Shown: positions 38,815 to 52,224, numbered from the whole stretch's first letter. The stretch is DNA of 63,098 nucleotides, filler included, from Reticulomyxa filosa (GCA_000512085.1; 15 parts of 15 records of this genome joined end to end with filler, not necessarily neighbours in it); one strand, 5' to 3'. Notes: generated by a model from the sequence alone, not told the origin. Program-made: numbers and translations.

Positions 38815-40640
38815 TTAATCCCCAAGTTTGTTGGGTACGGGCTGCTGTCCAGAGTTTTCATTTTCATCCTCATAAGCAAAATCGGTGCCAGAAGGTGATG
38901 TCAAGACAATTTTCAGATTGGGCACGGTTCCAACATCTTCCGTATGAGCCGAATTTTGTGATTCAAGATGTTGCCATCTGCCATTGAGATCGCTCATACT
39001 AAGATTTTTTTCTTGCATTTCGACACCCGACGTGCTGGTTTTGCCATCAGTGTCTATAGTATACGATGGAACAATCGACGTATGTCCAGTTCCAGCGCTT
39101 GGTTCCAAACCTTTTTCTTTGCTGCCTTTGCTCTGTTTGCTAGGTTTACTGCCGTCCAAAGATCGAATTGTTGACGATTTTTGCTGTTGTTCTCGAATTG
39201 CCTCCGAAGTTCCCCAAATTACTATTTTCGTCAATTATTTTTATAAGTCCATGCAGCAAAATATTTCAAAAAGGGGAGAACGAAAAAAAAAACACCAAAA
39301 AAAATAAAATCTCCACACGCTTATATAAATTTGCGCAGAATTAACTGGCATTTCCCATGCCAATGGATGCAAGACTTATATGATGCATCCACACGAGGAA
39401 AGGCGGAGGTTCCTGTGTTGTTTTGTTTTGTTATTGCAACAAGTGTGATTGCACGTGCCAGAGGGGGAAAGCCAAAAAAAATGAACATAACTTTGTCGGT
39501 GACATTACCACGTAAACGCAAAATAAGAGGAAAGAGCCAAGTTGCAACAAATACCACTGTATATAACGTCAATCTTAGTGCCTGTAAAAAAATAAGATGC
39601 AAACGTTTTATTATGGTGTCGCAAAGTAGTAATAAAGAAAGTTCCGCTAAATAAAAAAAAAACTAACCATTGTAGAAGTTCGAAATCCTCCTTGATAAGC
39701 TCTAACGAATGTAAATAATAATAATAAAAACGCAAAAAATACCTAATTTTTTTTTTTCCATATTTCAGTGAATAGGTACATTTTTTTCTTTTGTCATTTT
39801 AAGGAGTGAAAGAAAGGGCAAACAACACCGAAATAACTTAACGAATGCCATCACTGGGGCATATAAACATAATTGGTAATGAGGTTCGTTGATCCAGCAT
39901 TCGAAAGGTGTGAAGCCTTTGCAATTATTTTTCGCAATTGTAGTGTACGTTTTTTTTTTTATGTACCTTTAGCAGATTTATTTGGTATTTTTTTTTCCTT
40001 TAGCAAAAAAGAAAAACGAGGGTGTTTTCGCCACAAGACATATCGTACATACCATACTTAAGCTCAATGTTGAGTGTATACCCGTAATGACCTTTGATCA
40101 GCGGCGGTAACGTGCAAATGAAGGCTGTTCCCCAACAGAATAAGTGATGGAATGGGATTTCTTCTTTCAAATTATCAATCCACAACCGCATAATGATTCG
40201 CATCAGACACAATGCGATCAAAAAATTCCATGACGCACTTCCAACCAAAAAGAATTGTGAAAACACGCCCAAGGTCCCGCATGATGCCTTTGACCAGCCA
40301 GAGGCAAATGACGAATTTGTTGCTGGTGCCAGCCATGTATATGCAACCTTTACAAAGAAAAATAGAATAATCGAGTTTTTTTTCCCACTTCTCTCAAAAA
40401 AAGAAGCCTGCGCTCAACACAGAAAAAACTAACCCATGACTGTTGGACAATGTCACAGAAGGACATCCATAGCACGTGATTGGTCAAAAAAATTGGACTA
40501 TTTTCCATTCGAATTCCAGCAGTGGCAAGCTGGCGCATTTTACATGCTGAATACATTATCCATGCTGCTCCAAAAACCGATCCTAGCCCAAAAAGAAAAG
40601 TGATAATTGCCAATGCTTGGTAAGAATCATGCTCAGACAT
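38815..40640 (-). CDS. 7TM GPCR of the Dictyostelium cAMP-receptor / GCR1 / Git3-like class, multi-exon
   Basis: TM1 LGSVFGAAWIMYS, TM2 VLWMSFCDI, TM3 CGTLGVFSQFFLVGSASWNFLIAL, TM4 FHHLFCWG...LPP, ECL2 ECWI, TM5 LYAPV, TM6 RLTLYTVVFVATWLFPLILR, Ser/Thr-rich tail. Confidence 0.85.
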
Positions 40641-41139
40641 TTTGCCTCCTAAAAATGATTTTTGTTTACTGCTTTTTTTCTTTGACAATCTTTTTCCCTG
40701 TTTTAACTGGCACCGTCTAAAAGCGCCACATTAAGTTTAGTTGTTATATGATTTCGGATAAATTAACAGTTTGTTTTTGTTTAATCAATCACAAATTGAT
40801 TCATTATATTAACTTAGAAAGCTATTGTGAGAAGGCATGCAAAATAGTGTTCCATTTGTATCACTTCAAAGCCGGTCATGTTTATTGTCCGTTTTTATGC
40901 AAAACTACATGACCAAAATATAATTAATCCATCATAGAAGAAAACCTTACACACTAAAATGGACTGCACACCCATAAACAAAACGAATATAATTCATTGA
41001 GTCAGAAGCACATTCAGATGGACGGATATATTTTTGTCAGTAATTTCTAATTTTAAAATTTGTATATGCCACTTTTACGATAGTTTCAACAGCACATAAT
41101 TCAATCAACAATCAACTATTCCACAAGGAGTAAGTACAC

Positions 41140-43550
41140 ATGGCAGAGAAAAAAGTGAACAAACTTGTAAACTTAAAAAAAAAGGGGGAGGGGGTGATAA
41201 AGTGCAAGATAGAAAATATGAGTTCAATCTTTCCAAATGAATTCCGTTTCATCAAAGTACAATCAGATGCAGAAAATTTTGCAAATTTCCGTGGTATTGA
41301 AGTGCTAACCTCTTTTGCAAATCAAACATGGCAAGAAAAAAATAAGAGTAGTAGTGAAAGCGAAGGGACAAGCCAAAGCCAAGGCAAACAAAAATCAATA
41401 AACCCCGTGTACTGTGCAAACAGTGTACCAGGACACATTGTGATTTCGTTTCATGACGGCAAGCAATTTGTAATGTTTGACCGTGTTCCAGAAAGTTTGC
41501 AATTGGAAAAGTCAGAGCAAATCAAATTAGATAAATTTGTGTTAAATCAAGTCAACGATTTTTTTCCAGATTTGTTGGCAGTGAGAAGTTCAAACGCATT
41601 TATTATCTTACTCATATTTTTGAATCCAATTCAATCCGTCCAACATCAGAGACCCCCTAACAAATCTGCAAGTTTAGCAAATTGATTTATTATTATTATT
41701 ATTATTATTATTAATTTTATAATGTTACATAACATATACACGTTTTTTTTTTTTTTAGAAAAAAGGGAAGGGTGGAGGAACAAAGAGTTTCGAAATTCCG
41801 TGACTGTAAAACAAAACAAACAACAATAACAACAACAACAAAAAAGCGGGTATCTCTCGAAAGTTACAATTGCTGGCCGCTTATTCGGATGGATGCATGG
41901 TATTATGGAACTGGAATCGATTGAAGTTCACGTGGGAATACCACTTACGATTGGTACTGCCCACGCCATTGACGACAGTAGGCATGAGTAATGTGATGAG
42001 CAGCATGAGTGAAATGGAGTTGCTGTCGATGAACGTCGGGAGTGGCATGGGTGGAGCAGGCAGCACGACTGGTATCGGTAAAGAATGGATGAGTGATGAC
42101 TTGGCGCGCAAAAGTGGTTCGATCGGTGCAGCTGCAGGCAATCAAAGAACATCGATAGCCACCTCATCGTCGCAACAACAAAGTAATGAACGGCCGGGAG
42201 TGTTGGCGTTTTGTGGCTTTTTGCAACACAGCGAAATGGTAATCAAGTTGTCTTCGAACCCAGAAAGTGATCCCCGCGTCTATGCCACGAACACAGAAAA
42301 GACGACCAAGTTAAAAGAGGGAAAATGTACAACTATAAGGCTTTGAAAATATTCAAAAAAACAACAACCACTTACCAAATGCGATACAAATAGAACGGAT
42401 AAAAACATTGAAGAATTTGAGAATATATTGTATGAAAATCAATACTTAATGTGTGATGAAAGTGAGATGAATCAGGCCATTGGACAAAGCAGCGATGGAC
42501 GAAAAACAGATGGCTCATTTTATGTGTTGATGATTGACTACATGCTGGGCGATTTGTCGGCGGTTAAAACCAGCCCATTTCATCGCATGCACCGCCAATT
42601 ACTAAAACGCAAGTTTCCCGGCGTTCTCAAGTATGAAAATCTCACCACGCGCTTTGTGATCAGTCGCGTCAAATTGGAAATGGATTACCAATCCATGCAA
42701 AACCCTAATTTGCTCATTGGCGCCGAAGATATCACCATCGACCATTCCGATCGATCCAAAGTATGTTGAAAACAAACAACCACAATTAACACCAAATTAT
42801 ATATATATTCATATTGTACTATTGTTTTCGGAGAACCCATATTTGACTTTGAAAATATCGTGTTTGATTTTAATAAAAATAAAAAAAAAAAAAAAAATAA
42901 AAATTGACGAAAAGCACAGTTTGTGGACTTTCAAACACTAATGGACGGGGTGGAAGAAATATCGTATTGGAATGACTATTTTGACTCGAAAGATAAGGAA
43001 AAATATGCAGGAATGGAAACGGAAGGAAAACAGGAGTCGATCAATCCTCGTGCCAAACGTTCGATGGTAGTCGTGGAAAATGTGTGGACGACACGGTTTG
43101 GATTTGTGATTGAAATGACTGTTCGCAGAATGGACACGAGTGACGCCTCGACAGTGGAAAGTGCGGATACAAAAGAGGAAGGTTTGGAGTCGGATATAGA
43201 TCTGTCCTTGGTGTCAGTGGAAAAACGCTTGATATATTATATGAATCCACAGTCCAACCATTTGACCAGAGTGCCTTTTCCAAGTAAACATAATTCTGGC
43301 AGTAAAAATAGTCGCAATGAGTGTCTGCGATTTGTGATTGGGCAACATGGGACAACAAAGCAAATGCTATTGTTAGATCGATGCAATGACTACTTTTACA
43401 TTCTCGACGAAAATCTTTTGCCGCCCGATGCTCTTTCATCCGGCCAAAAGTATCAACAGAGACTGAACAATTCTTCCAAAACCTCAACTGATATCATGTT
43501 TGATTTACCCTTTGGGCACTTTGCTGACAATACAGGCAAAGCCAAATGGT
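41140..43550 (+). CDS. Large multi-exon protein of unknown family with beta-propeller-like segments; 3' truncated
   Basis: Collinear exons at 41218-41580, ~41847-42320, ~42394-42760 and ~42916-43548. WD-like piece LLAAYSDGCMVLWNW. Confidence 0.5.
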
Positions 43551-43617
43551 TTTTTTTTTTTTTTTTTTTTTGTTGCTTGTGTTTATATGTATGTGTATCT
43601 CTTTGGGAGGTGATTGG

Positions 43618-43717
43618 NNNNNNNNNNNNNNNNNNNNNNNNNNNNNNNNNNNNNNNNNNNNTTAATTAATTAANNNNNNNNNNNNNNNNNNNNNNNNNNN
43701 NNNNNNNNNNNNNNNNN
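43618..43717. other. Artificial contig linker
   Basis: 44N-TTAATTAATTAA-44N. Confidence 0.99.
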
Positions 43718-44479
43718 AAAAAATTTTTTTTTTTTTTTGAAAAGTTTGTTAACATCTCTTCCCATCCAACGGTCCATCCAAAAGTTAATCTGATGACACA
43801 ATCGTGCCAGGTTATCCTCATTCAACTGGTTCTCATTTAGTCCCAAGTCGTGCAGTAGCGCTTGCTTGATTGGCTTCAACCGCTCCAACTACATCGTTCC
43901 GTTTGTCATCGAGTCAGTGTCATGTTGTTCAATGTTTCGATGCGATCCATTGGTTTGATTTGTTAGTTATGTTTGTTTTTTCCAGCAATTTCCCCAACAG
44001 GGGGCTTAGTGAATCACAAGGGCATTAACAAAAACTTAACATACTTACAATCGAAGAGACAAGGTATTCATCCAATGAAGGGCAACCTGATTTGCGCAAT
44101 TCAGCCATTATCTTTTTTTTTTTTTTGATCTCCCAAGGAACTTAAAAAAGTTTTTTACTGACATTTTTTGAGGAGAGCCCTTCGACCGTTCTTTTTAAAA
44201 CACATTTTAATGCCCTGCCACTTATCAAACAATAATGCCTTTTTGTTGATGAAAATAAAAATTGATTTGAAAGCTTTGTGTTTTCCTTAAAGTTTCATGC
44301 AGAAGTGTGTTAAGGAATATTTTTTTATACGTGGAAAAAAAAATGAGGGTATTAAATACTGACAAAACATGCCCAAGCATGTACTGCCAAGGGCTCATCA
44401 GAAACTTTTGAATGTATATTAATGTCTGAAAAACGTCAAAAGTCAGAAAAAAAAAAAAATTGGATGATCAACATGCAGT

Positions 44480-45085
44480 TTAGAAATTTTGAATAATCAA
44501 ATTCTTGATTGTAACAGCTGCGGGCAAGTCCCATGTATTTCCTGCAAAGACGGGCACTTGATATTTTGTTTGAAGGATAGCATCGTCTTTCTTTGCAATG
44601 ATATTGCCGTTCAATGTAACAACAACCCCTCCATTGTTTTGAGATTGTAAAAACAGTTTATATGTCTCGCCAATAGAGCAAGTAAAGCCTTCTTTTATGT
44701 CATAGGATTGATCAGTACCATCACAATCACTGAATCGAATATACAAGCGGAGGGAGTTTGGGTAAAACCATATCCCAGGTACTCTTTCACTTGCACTGCT
44801 TCCGACATGTAGCATGCTCCCCCAACCATTTCCATGTATTCCATGCACTGTAAATTCAAAACTCACCCTGACCGATCCGGTAATTGTTACACGGCCAAGA
44901 TATTGTCGTCGTTTGCATTTCCCTCCTGGCCAAGCAAATGATGTGTTCATCAGTGAGTAGGTTGCAAACGACAACACCAGCTCTAACAAGTCGTCTACAG
45001 TTTTAGAGGAATATATACGGAACCAATTGTTTAACACAAATGCATATCTTTCTTTTGAAGAGCGATATACTGTGGTTTGATTCAT
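44480..45085 (-). CDS. Intronless 201-aa protein: short N-terminal helical motif plus concanavalin A/LamG-like beta-sandwich
   Basis: VSFEFTV...WGSMLHVG...ERVPGIWFYPNSLRLYIRFS...VVVTLNG...VFAGNTWDLPAAVTIKNL is an all-beta LamG-like pattern. No signal peptide. Confidence 0.6.
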   Translation of the reverse strand: MNQTTVYRSSKERYAFVLNNWFRIYSSKTVDDLLELVLSFATYSLMNTSFAWPGGKCKRRQYLGRVTITGSVRVSFEFTVHGIHGNGWGSMLHVGSSASERVPGIWFYPNSLRLYIRFSDCDGTDQSYDIKEGFTCSIGETYKLFLQSQNNGGVVVTLNGNIIAKKDDAILQTKYQVPVFAGNTWDLPAAVTIKNLIIQNF

Positions 45086-45398
45086 ATGCTATTATGACTT
45101 GAACCAAAACTTGAACATCTCAGAATTTTTTCTTCTGCTACTCGTTTACCGCTAAACGATAACAACTTTTCATTTTTAAACAGTATAAAAAAACAATTTT
45201 GTTTAATCTGTTCGCTGAATGATTTAATTAGAAGTTATCTTAAGGAGACTTGTAACTTCTTAAAGGAGTAATTTTACTTTTTTTCAATTGGATATTTTTA
45301 ATATTTTTACAGACAGATTAATTTAAAAAGTTATTTACTAAGAAAAAAAATTTGAGACGTTAAAAAACGCGTTTTATTCAGTAAAATGACAAATATAT

Positions 45399-47814
45399 TT
45401 ACTTAGAAGGACATTTTAATGCCAATTCTTTCAAAGTTTTAAAAAATTCTGCTGCGGATATCAGTCCACTGTTATCATGATCAAACTCTCGAAATATTAC
45501 ATTTAGTTGATTTGGATTTAAGTCCCATTTGTAGTCTTTATTTATTTGGTCTAAATCAGCACGAGAGAGCCGCTTTTTTGCCTGTAAAGTGGAAAAAGGG
45601 ATATTGAATAAATGTTTTTGGAAATTTTTGGAGTTGATAAATGATAATCCTTCTAATGTAACTTTTAAACAAACCTCAAAAATTTCATTTTCATTAAAGA
45701 ATTTGTCACTAATTTTACTTGCCACATCATTCATAATTTCAGTAGGAGTGTCGCGTGTGAACTGTTTGTACTCTTTATCCATCAACTTTTCTGAATGCGG
45801 ATCAGTCTCCAACAACTGAAACACAAAGCCGTTGATATTTAATACAGCACCAACATAAAAATCTTCACAATGGAACAATTTTTTTTTGTCGGGGTTTATT
45901 ACTTGCCTATACAATAAGTACACTCGTTTTGACCAGTTTGTTTGTCAAAGAGTCAATATAATGTTAACGAAACGATCGTTCCAGAAATTTACCACCAATA
46001 AAACCAGAATTCCGAAGTGGTTTTTGATAAACACGCACAGTTTCATCTTCTAAATAAAATTGAATTAAGAATCGACTGAACAAAAAACACAAAATGAATC
46101 AATTTTTAATTGTATCATTTTTATTTAATTAACGAAATATAAATAAATATACCGTTGTTGATTGGCACGAATTTTGTCAACTAATTTTGCTAAAAAAATG
46201 ATCGTCTTTCCTTCATATTTTTGTTTTTTTATGCTGTCAACCTGTAGAGCGCCTTTTGATACGACCAATTTGTCTTTCAAAGGCAGATTTTCGTCATTTG
46301 GATCATCATTTTCGACAATATTATCATTTTCTACGATATTATCGTTTTCATTTATTTGAGTAATCGGCTCCAGATCTTCATCTTTTAGTTGATGTACTTT
46401 TTTGTAAAATTCTTTTGTAAATGGATCTACTCTTGTTAGTAAAACTTGTCGACCATACATATTGATATACGATCCAATGCGCAAATCATCATGAGTATAA
46501 CACTCAGCTCTGTGACAAGCACCTATAAATATGCGTTTTTGATTTCTTTATTCTTATTTTTCAGTTGTTTAAACAGGCGGGAAAAGGGGGAAAGCAAGTT
46601 AAAAAATTCACTAGTAAATGTGCAAGAAAAATGATAAATAGAATAAAGAAACGTTACCTATATCAATTCCATTCGGTATAAATTGTTTGGGAAGTTTGCG
46701 TCGAGATAATACCATGGGAAAAGAGTCAGTGCCAATATTTTCGAGTCCTCTTTCTAGGACTTCCATTGTATCGTCCGCCAAAAAGTAACGAATTTCATAT
46801 TGACATTTTTTGCCATACAATGATACATCATCCCATACACCCCAAAACCTTAGCACCTTGCGATCATTCGCTAAATATTTTTGTTGCTTTACCAAGTTTT
46901 GATGTGCTTGTCGACCTAAGGTTGCTTCCAAGTAGCTACTAATGTCATTTTGTTGGGCTTCTGATTGAATTCTGTATTGTTCATATTGTTCCAAGTAATT
47001 AATATAATCATCTTTTGGCCACTCCAAAGCCTCAGGATAGATCATATTGTATGTCTCTTTCATATAGTCCTATATTCAATCCAATTGGCTCATTTTTTGA
47101 AGATATTAAATGGAGTGAGGCAAGACTCTTTAACAAAGATAAATGAAATATTCTTTAAAAATATATACAAAACTCGAGTAGCAACATCTGCATCAACAAT
47201 GCAAAATTGATAGCTGCTCACCTCTATCTCTTTTCCAATTTCAATATCTTGTGGCATTAAATAACCACCATGAATATTTTTGGGTTTTTAAAATTTTGTT
47301 TCGATGCAAGAACTTGCCTTGAGGGATACCCGAATTTTCATATCTAATTTCTGAAATCATAAAGGTGCCATCTTCCAAATAATGATAGATCACACACCGT
47401 CGTACACGTACTTGTTCTATGGCACTATTTGACACGTTTTCTTTGAAGTACGCAAACCAACGTAAAACTTTACGGTCAAAAGCGACCCAATACGGCTTAC
47501 GCTTTGATGGATCGTCTTTTGAAATATTGAGAGATTGTGCATTTTCATCAATTTCATCATATGAGCTTACATCCTGATTGATATCCGACTGTGCAATGTT
47601 TATTTTATTTCTTTTTAAATCAGCCACAGGAGCCCCGTTGCGAATATCAAATAAGTGAGACTTATGAAAATTATTTCTCTATTTTTTGATAAAATAATGA
47701 ACTATTAACCCATATTCACAAACAATAAACAAGTACGAGATTAACTAAGTCCATATGAACCCTAAATCCTGGGACGTTTGGAAGCTGGGATTGATCCAAC
47801 AGCTTGTTTTTCAT
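45399..47814 (-). CDS. EFHC1/EFHC2 (Rib72) family: three DM10 domains plus C-terminal EF-hand
   Basis: N-terminal LPNVPG. DM10-1 WVAFDRKVLRWFAYFKE...YHYLEDGT...NSGIPQGKFL; DM10-2 NDRKVLRFWGVWDD...YFLADDTMEV; DM10-3 FLIQFYLEDETVRV...RNSGFIGGKFLER. EF-hand DHDNSGLISAAEF. Confidence 0.92.
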
Positions 47815-48336
47815 TCTTAGTTATTAATATAAAGTTTGTTGAAATTTTTAAATGAAATCTATGTGCAAAAACAAGGCTCAATGCTAACAAATTATGAACA
47901 TTTTTTGCAAGAAAATACCCAATTGATCTGGTATCCCAAATTATCGCTAAAAAAATGTAAGAAAAAAGAAAAGTTGTTCAATGACTAGTCTTTTAATGGT
48001 TTTTAATTTGAAAAATAAATGAAAAGAGCATTTGTCTTTTCCATTTTTTCAATGATCAAGTATGTACCCCCTCTCTAATATGCTCCAGTAAACTGACACA
48101 ACCTTATCATTGTTCTGTACATTCTTTTTAAAAATGTGAAAAAAATGAGAAAGCGACTAAGTACTGTTGAAAAACGAAAAGAACATGCCAAAAAACTGTA
48201 TTAGGTCAATTATTTGACGACTGGCATCAAATAAATATTTGCGAGGACCACATTTTTTGTTGCTTTATGAACATTCGGAGGAAAAAAGCAAGTCAAAATA
48301 TCACAAATCAATTGGATATGAACACGTGTTTTTTTT

Positions 48337-51081
48337 CTATTGAAAAGCAGCAAAAGGATCTCCGGTGTCAAAATCATCACCGTCAGTGGTTTCTTTACTT
48401 TTGGTCATTGTAGCAAATGGATTGATCTTTGGATCTGTAGGTTTGATGCTCCCCATGCTACTAAAAGGATCTTCCAGCGTATCGAATGGATTGACAATTG
48501 TCTGAGTATTGGATAGCGAAGTATTTCGATAAGAATCTATATACATACATATATGTATGTATATATGTATAAGACAAAGCAACATTTGGAATGGAATGCA
48601 CTTCCAACTCAAAAAAAAAAAAAAAAAAAATTACCAGATGACGCGCCCGTGGCAGGCACCTTTACGTTATTTTTTTGTGGTTGTGGATTGGATACATTTT
48701 TTTTCGGGGATGTCGCCGTTGGATTCCCAATTAAAAAGTCATCAAACACGCTGGGATTGGTTGTGTTGCCACCAGAAGAGGATTGTTCTTCCGTCGAGTA
48801 TTTTTTTTATATTATTCATTCAATTTTTTTTTTTTTTTTTAGAACAGTAAAACTTTTACTAGCAAAAAAAAAAAAAAAAAAAAGAAAAAAAGACACAACT
48901 CTTTCCTAAATCGGGGGCCTTGTCAACGGCAGTGACGTTTGAGCTGGGATTAGTAGACGAAGAAGATGTTGCATTGGCAGTGGAAGTGGAGGTAGGATTG
49001 TCAGCGAAAAAGAACAAAGGATCTAAGGACTGTTTTGGAGCGCTGTTGTTGTTATTGCTTGCAGGTTTTCCCGACGTTTGATTCAAAAATGCCAACAAGT
49101 CACCGTCATCGACTTTGTTATCTTTTTCATTTCCTTTCGGCGATAGATTCAAGTTTGTCTCTGTATTATTGTCCTTTGCTCCCAATACATTGTGTTTCGA
49201 CTTCTTTTTGCTCGTTAATTCTCGTCTACTTGACGTCGGCTTTTTTTTTTTTTATCAAATAAAATAAAAAAAAAAAATTGACACATTGATAACATTAAAA
49301 AAAAAAAAAAAGTGCCAAAGGGGACATTAAAAAAAGAAACACACAAACAAAACAAAAACAAACTTCAGAAGGTGGTGGATCCAAAGCTTCAAGAACAACA
49401 TTTTTGTCTTTATCTTTATCTTTCAATTGTTCTTGCTCCTTTGAATCTTGTTTGTCGACGTCATCGACCATTTGCGCGACATTGAGCTCTTCTTCGTAGC
49501 GTCGCTTTTTGCCGCCGGCCAGGGCCTCGTAATCGGTCAGTACTTGCAGCAGCATTTCGTTGACCGAAAATGAGTGCATCAGATCTGTCTCTTGTGTAGT
49601 CGAACTCGTCGCAATGCTCTGCACATTGGCCTGTTCCGCCTTCACCGCCGCCACCATGTCCAATATCACGCCCGGAGCTCGCAGGTCTTGTCCGACCTCG
49701 CTCGTGTTCAACACGTCAAATAAAAACGCTGCTGTGTCCTTTTTTTTTATTTTTTATTTTCATTATTTATTTATTTTTGCTGAGGAAGAGAATGAGAAGA
49801 TATGTTCCTTTCTTCTCCCTCCCCCCCCTTTTTTTTTTTTTTAAAAAAAAAAAAAAGGGGGGAAATTTTTGAATAAATTAGGACGTATAAAAAAAAAAAG
49901 AAACTTGGGCTTGCATGAGCGCGACGTTGGTGACATTAGGGATCTTGACAATGGGCTGTATCATTGGCAAGGTGCGATCCACATGGGCCACTTTGGTAGA
50001 CGAGTTGCCTGTCTTTGGAATCGAACCCATCCCCGAAAAGGCGCCTGTTGGACTCTTTGGCTTTGACTGTGCGAATATTTTCAAGTCTTCGTCTTTTGTT
50101 GGTTCCGGGAAACGGATCCCCTTTTTTACTAATTCCTATCACAATAGCATCAACAACAATAACAATGACATTCACTTAACAATTTTTTTTTTTTTGAAAA
50201 AAGATTAACATAACTGAATAGGTTTTATAAAAAATGGGATAAAGACTTGTGTCTTTGTAGGCGTCGCTTAGCATCCGTAATAACAACAGCGACTTGTCTA
50301 TTGTTTGTGATTTCACAAACTCTTTATTGATTACTGTTTCCTTCTTAAACCCAAGTCTATTGTGTACAAATTTTTTTTTTAAAAAAAAGGGGGGAGGAAG
50401 GGGAAAGAAAAGAAGTTGAAGCTATATAAAAAAAAAATTTATATTTTAAAATAATGAAAAGAGTCACCCCCCTTTTTTTTTTTTTTTTTTGGTTACCCTT
50501 TCGTTCCCCTTAGTAAGCAAAAACAAACAAACTTTTTCAAAAATCCTTCTTTGCGTTGATCCAATGCCAGAGAAACAAGAGAACGCATGAATTGAGGACT
50601 GGCAACGGCGCCATGGGAGCATGGACAATTTTTTATGATTCCTTCAGCTAATGTCAAAGCGAGGAGCTCAATTTCTGGATTCGTGGAATTTAGCAATTGC
50701 CGAACTTCTTCCATCATAAACCCACTTAAATGAGTGTTGCTATTTTGTCATCCAACCCCCCCCCCCCCCAGATTTGTGATGTTGTGCAAGAAAGATATGT
50801 TATTCGTATGGATGCGCAAATTAGTCGCATAGGAGAGGGGAGGGAAAGAAATTGTGGTCAGGTATAAAAATTTGCCTCATTTTTTTTTTTACTCCATTTA
50901 ATTAATTATCTTTATTTTTATTATATTGTATTGTTTTGTTTTACCGGTTCAAAGTGTCCACAATCTCCATATTCTTGGCCCAATCTGGACTGCTTCGAAA
51001 TTCATTGCAGGCATCTTTGATCTCTTTTGCTAATTTTGTTTTTAGGGCTTCGAATTGATTCCCAACTTCATCTGTCCACAT
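48337..51081 (-). CDS. TOM1-like VHS-GAT endosomal sorting adaptor with NPF/DPF motifs, multi-exon
   Basis: VHS: IKDACNEFRSSPDWAKNMEIVDTLN...LLALTLAEGIIKNC...VASPQFM. GAT-like helices ...DLMHSFSVNEMLLQVLTDYEAL. Tail with NPF x2 and DPF x2 ending DPFAAFQ-TAG. Confidence 0.85.
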
Positions 51082-51622
51082 CTTGTATGCCTCAATTTTT
51101 GAAAAGGGAGGCAAATAGAAAAAATAAAAATGAAATTTTGAAGTCTTTACACAAAAGCAACTGTGTTGGAACATAGTTTTTTTGTTGTATGTGCAATCTT
51201 GAAAGAACAAGAAACAAGTTATTTAACACAAAAGCCCTTAAAAATAAAGGGTGGATGAAAAATACACTCCAACCATAGAAAAAAAGTTACAGTAACACAA
51301 AAAAGAAATGAATGTTGGTTTTTTGAAACAAAAAAACAGGCCTTTTCTCCCTCTTTTCCCCCTCACAATTTTTGCTGTCATAGTTGCGAGTCACAACAAA
51401 ACAAGTTTAATCTCTTTTTTTTTTTTAGAAATAGACAAAAAAACTAGTCTCCAAAAGCATCACTTTTAGAATGTGTGTTTTTCGATACATTACCTACTTT
51501 TGTCTTTGATGATGCAAATTGGCAACGAAGCAAACAAACTACACAAACATGTAAAACATAAAACTTAAAAAAAAAAAAAAAAAATGCTTGCACGTCTCTA
51601 ATAGTGGCGAATGAAATGCAAA

Positions 51623-52190
51623 TCAAAGTTTCTTTTCTTCAATGTCCTGTTCATCTTCTTGATCTTGTTTATTATTTTTTTGGTCAATGAGTTCGACGTG
51701 CGGTTGAACCAAGTCTTTTTTGACTTTACTTTTTCTTGTATCCCTATCAATTGATTTGAGTTTCGAAGCACACAGATTTCTCATTCATCAAAACAAAACA
51801 AAAAAAAAAAGAACGAACGTAATTTGTTGCTGCTCATGTTCAACCATTTTCTGTTGTTGATAGCCAAGCAATGTGTCGTACATCATATCTATAAATATAA
51901 GTATACATACATATATTTATGCACATGTATACGTATGTACATATATACATATGTACATACATATATACATATGTACATACATATATATTTAAAAAAAAAG
52001 ATAACGTAACGTCGAACACCGAATTTGGTAGTGATAGACTTTTCAAACTCAAAGGTCAAATCGAATTGGGGACATGTGATTTCTTCTTCTTCTCGATGCA
52101 AGTCTTTGAGCCATTCATGATTCAAGGCTTGCACTGCGGTGATACGTTCAGCTGGATTCAATGCTAACATTTTCAGCAACAAGTCTCGGG
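51623..52190 (-). CDS. MAP kinase, C-terminal exons (5' truncated)
   Basis: RDLLLKMLALNPAERITAVQALNHEWLKDLHREEEEITCPQFDLTFEFE is kinase subdomain XI plus the MAPK common-docking/L16 region. Confidence 0.8.
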
Positions 52191-52224
52191 CTAATGTTTT
52201 TTTTTTTTTTTTTTTTTTTTTTTT

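Noticed and set aside
3571-43891. Possible stop-codon reassignment (in-frame TAG ~3607 in a Gln-rich run, TAA 11864, TAG 43889)
   Set aside because: All lie in unconserved N-terminal regions with uncertain starts or introns. TAA follows a PTS1 SKL terminus (24683), TAG and TGA end other genes, and long conserved exons contain no internal TAA/TAG.
3002-45361. AACGTCTCA motif in three intergenic regions (~3003, ~31180, reverse ~45353)
   Set aside because: Three post-hoc hits of a 9-mer are not convincing without a genome-wide enrichment test.
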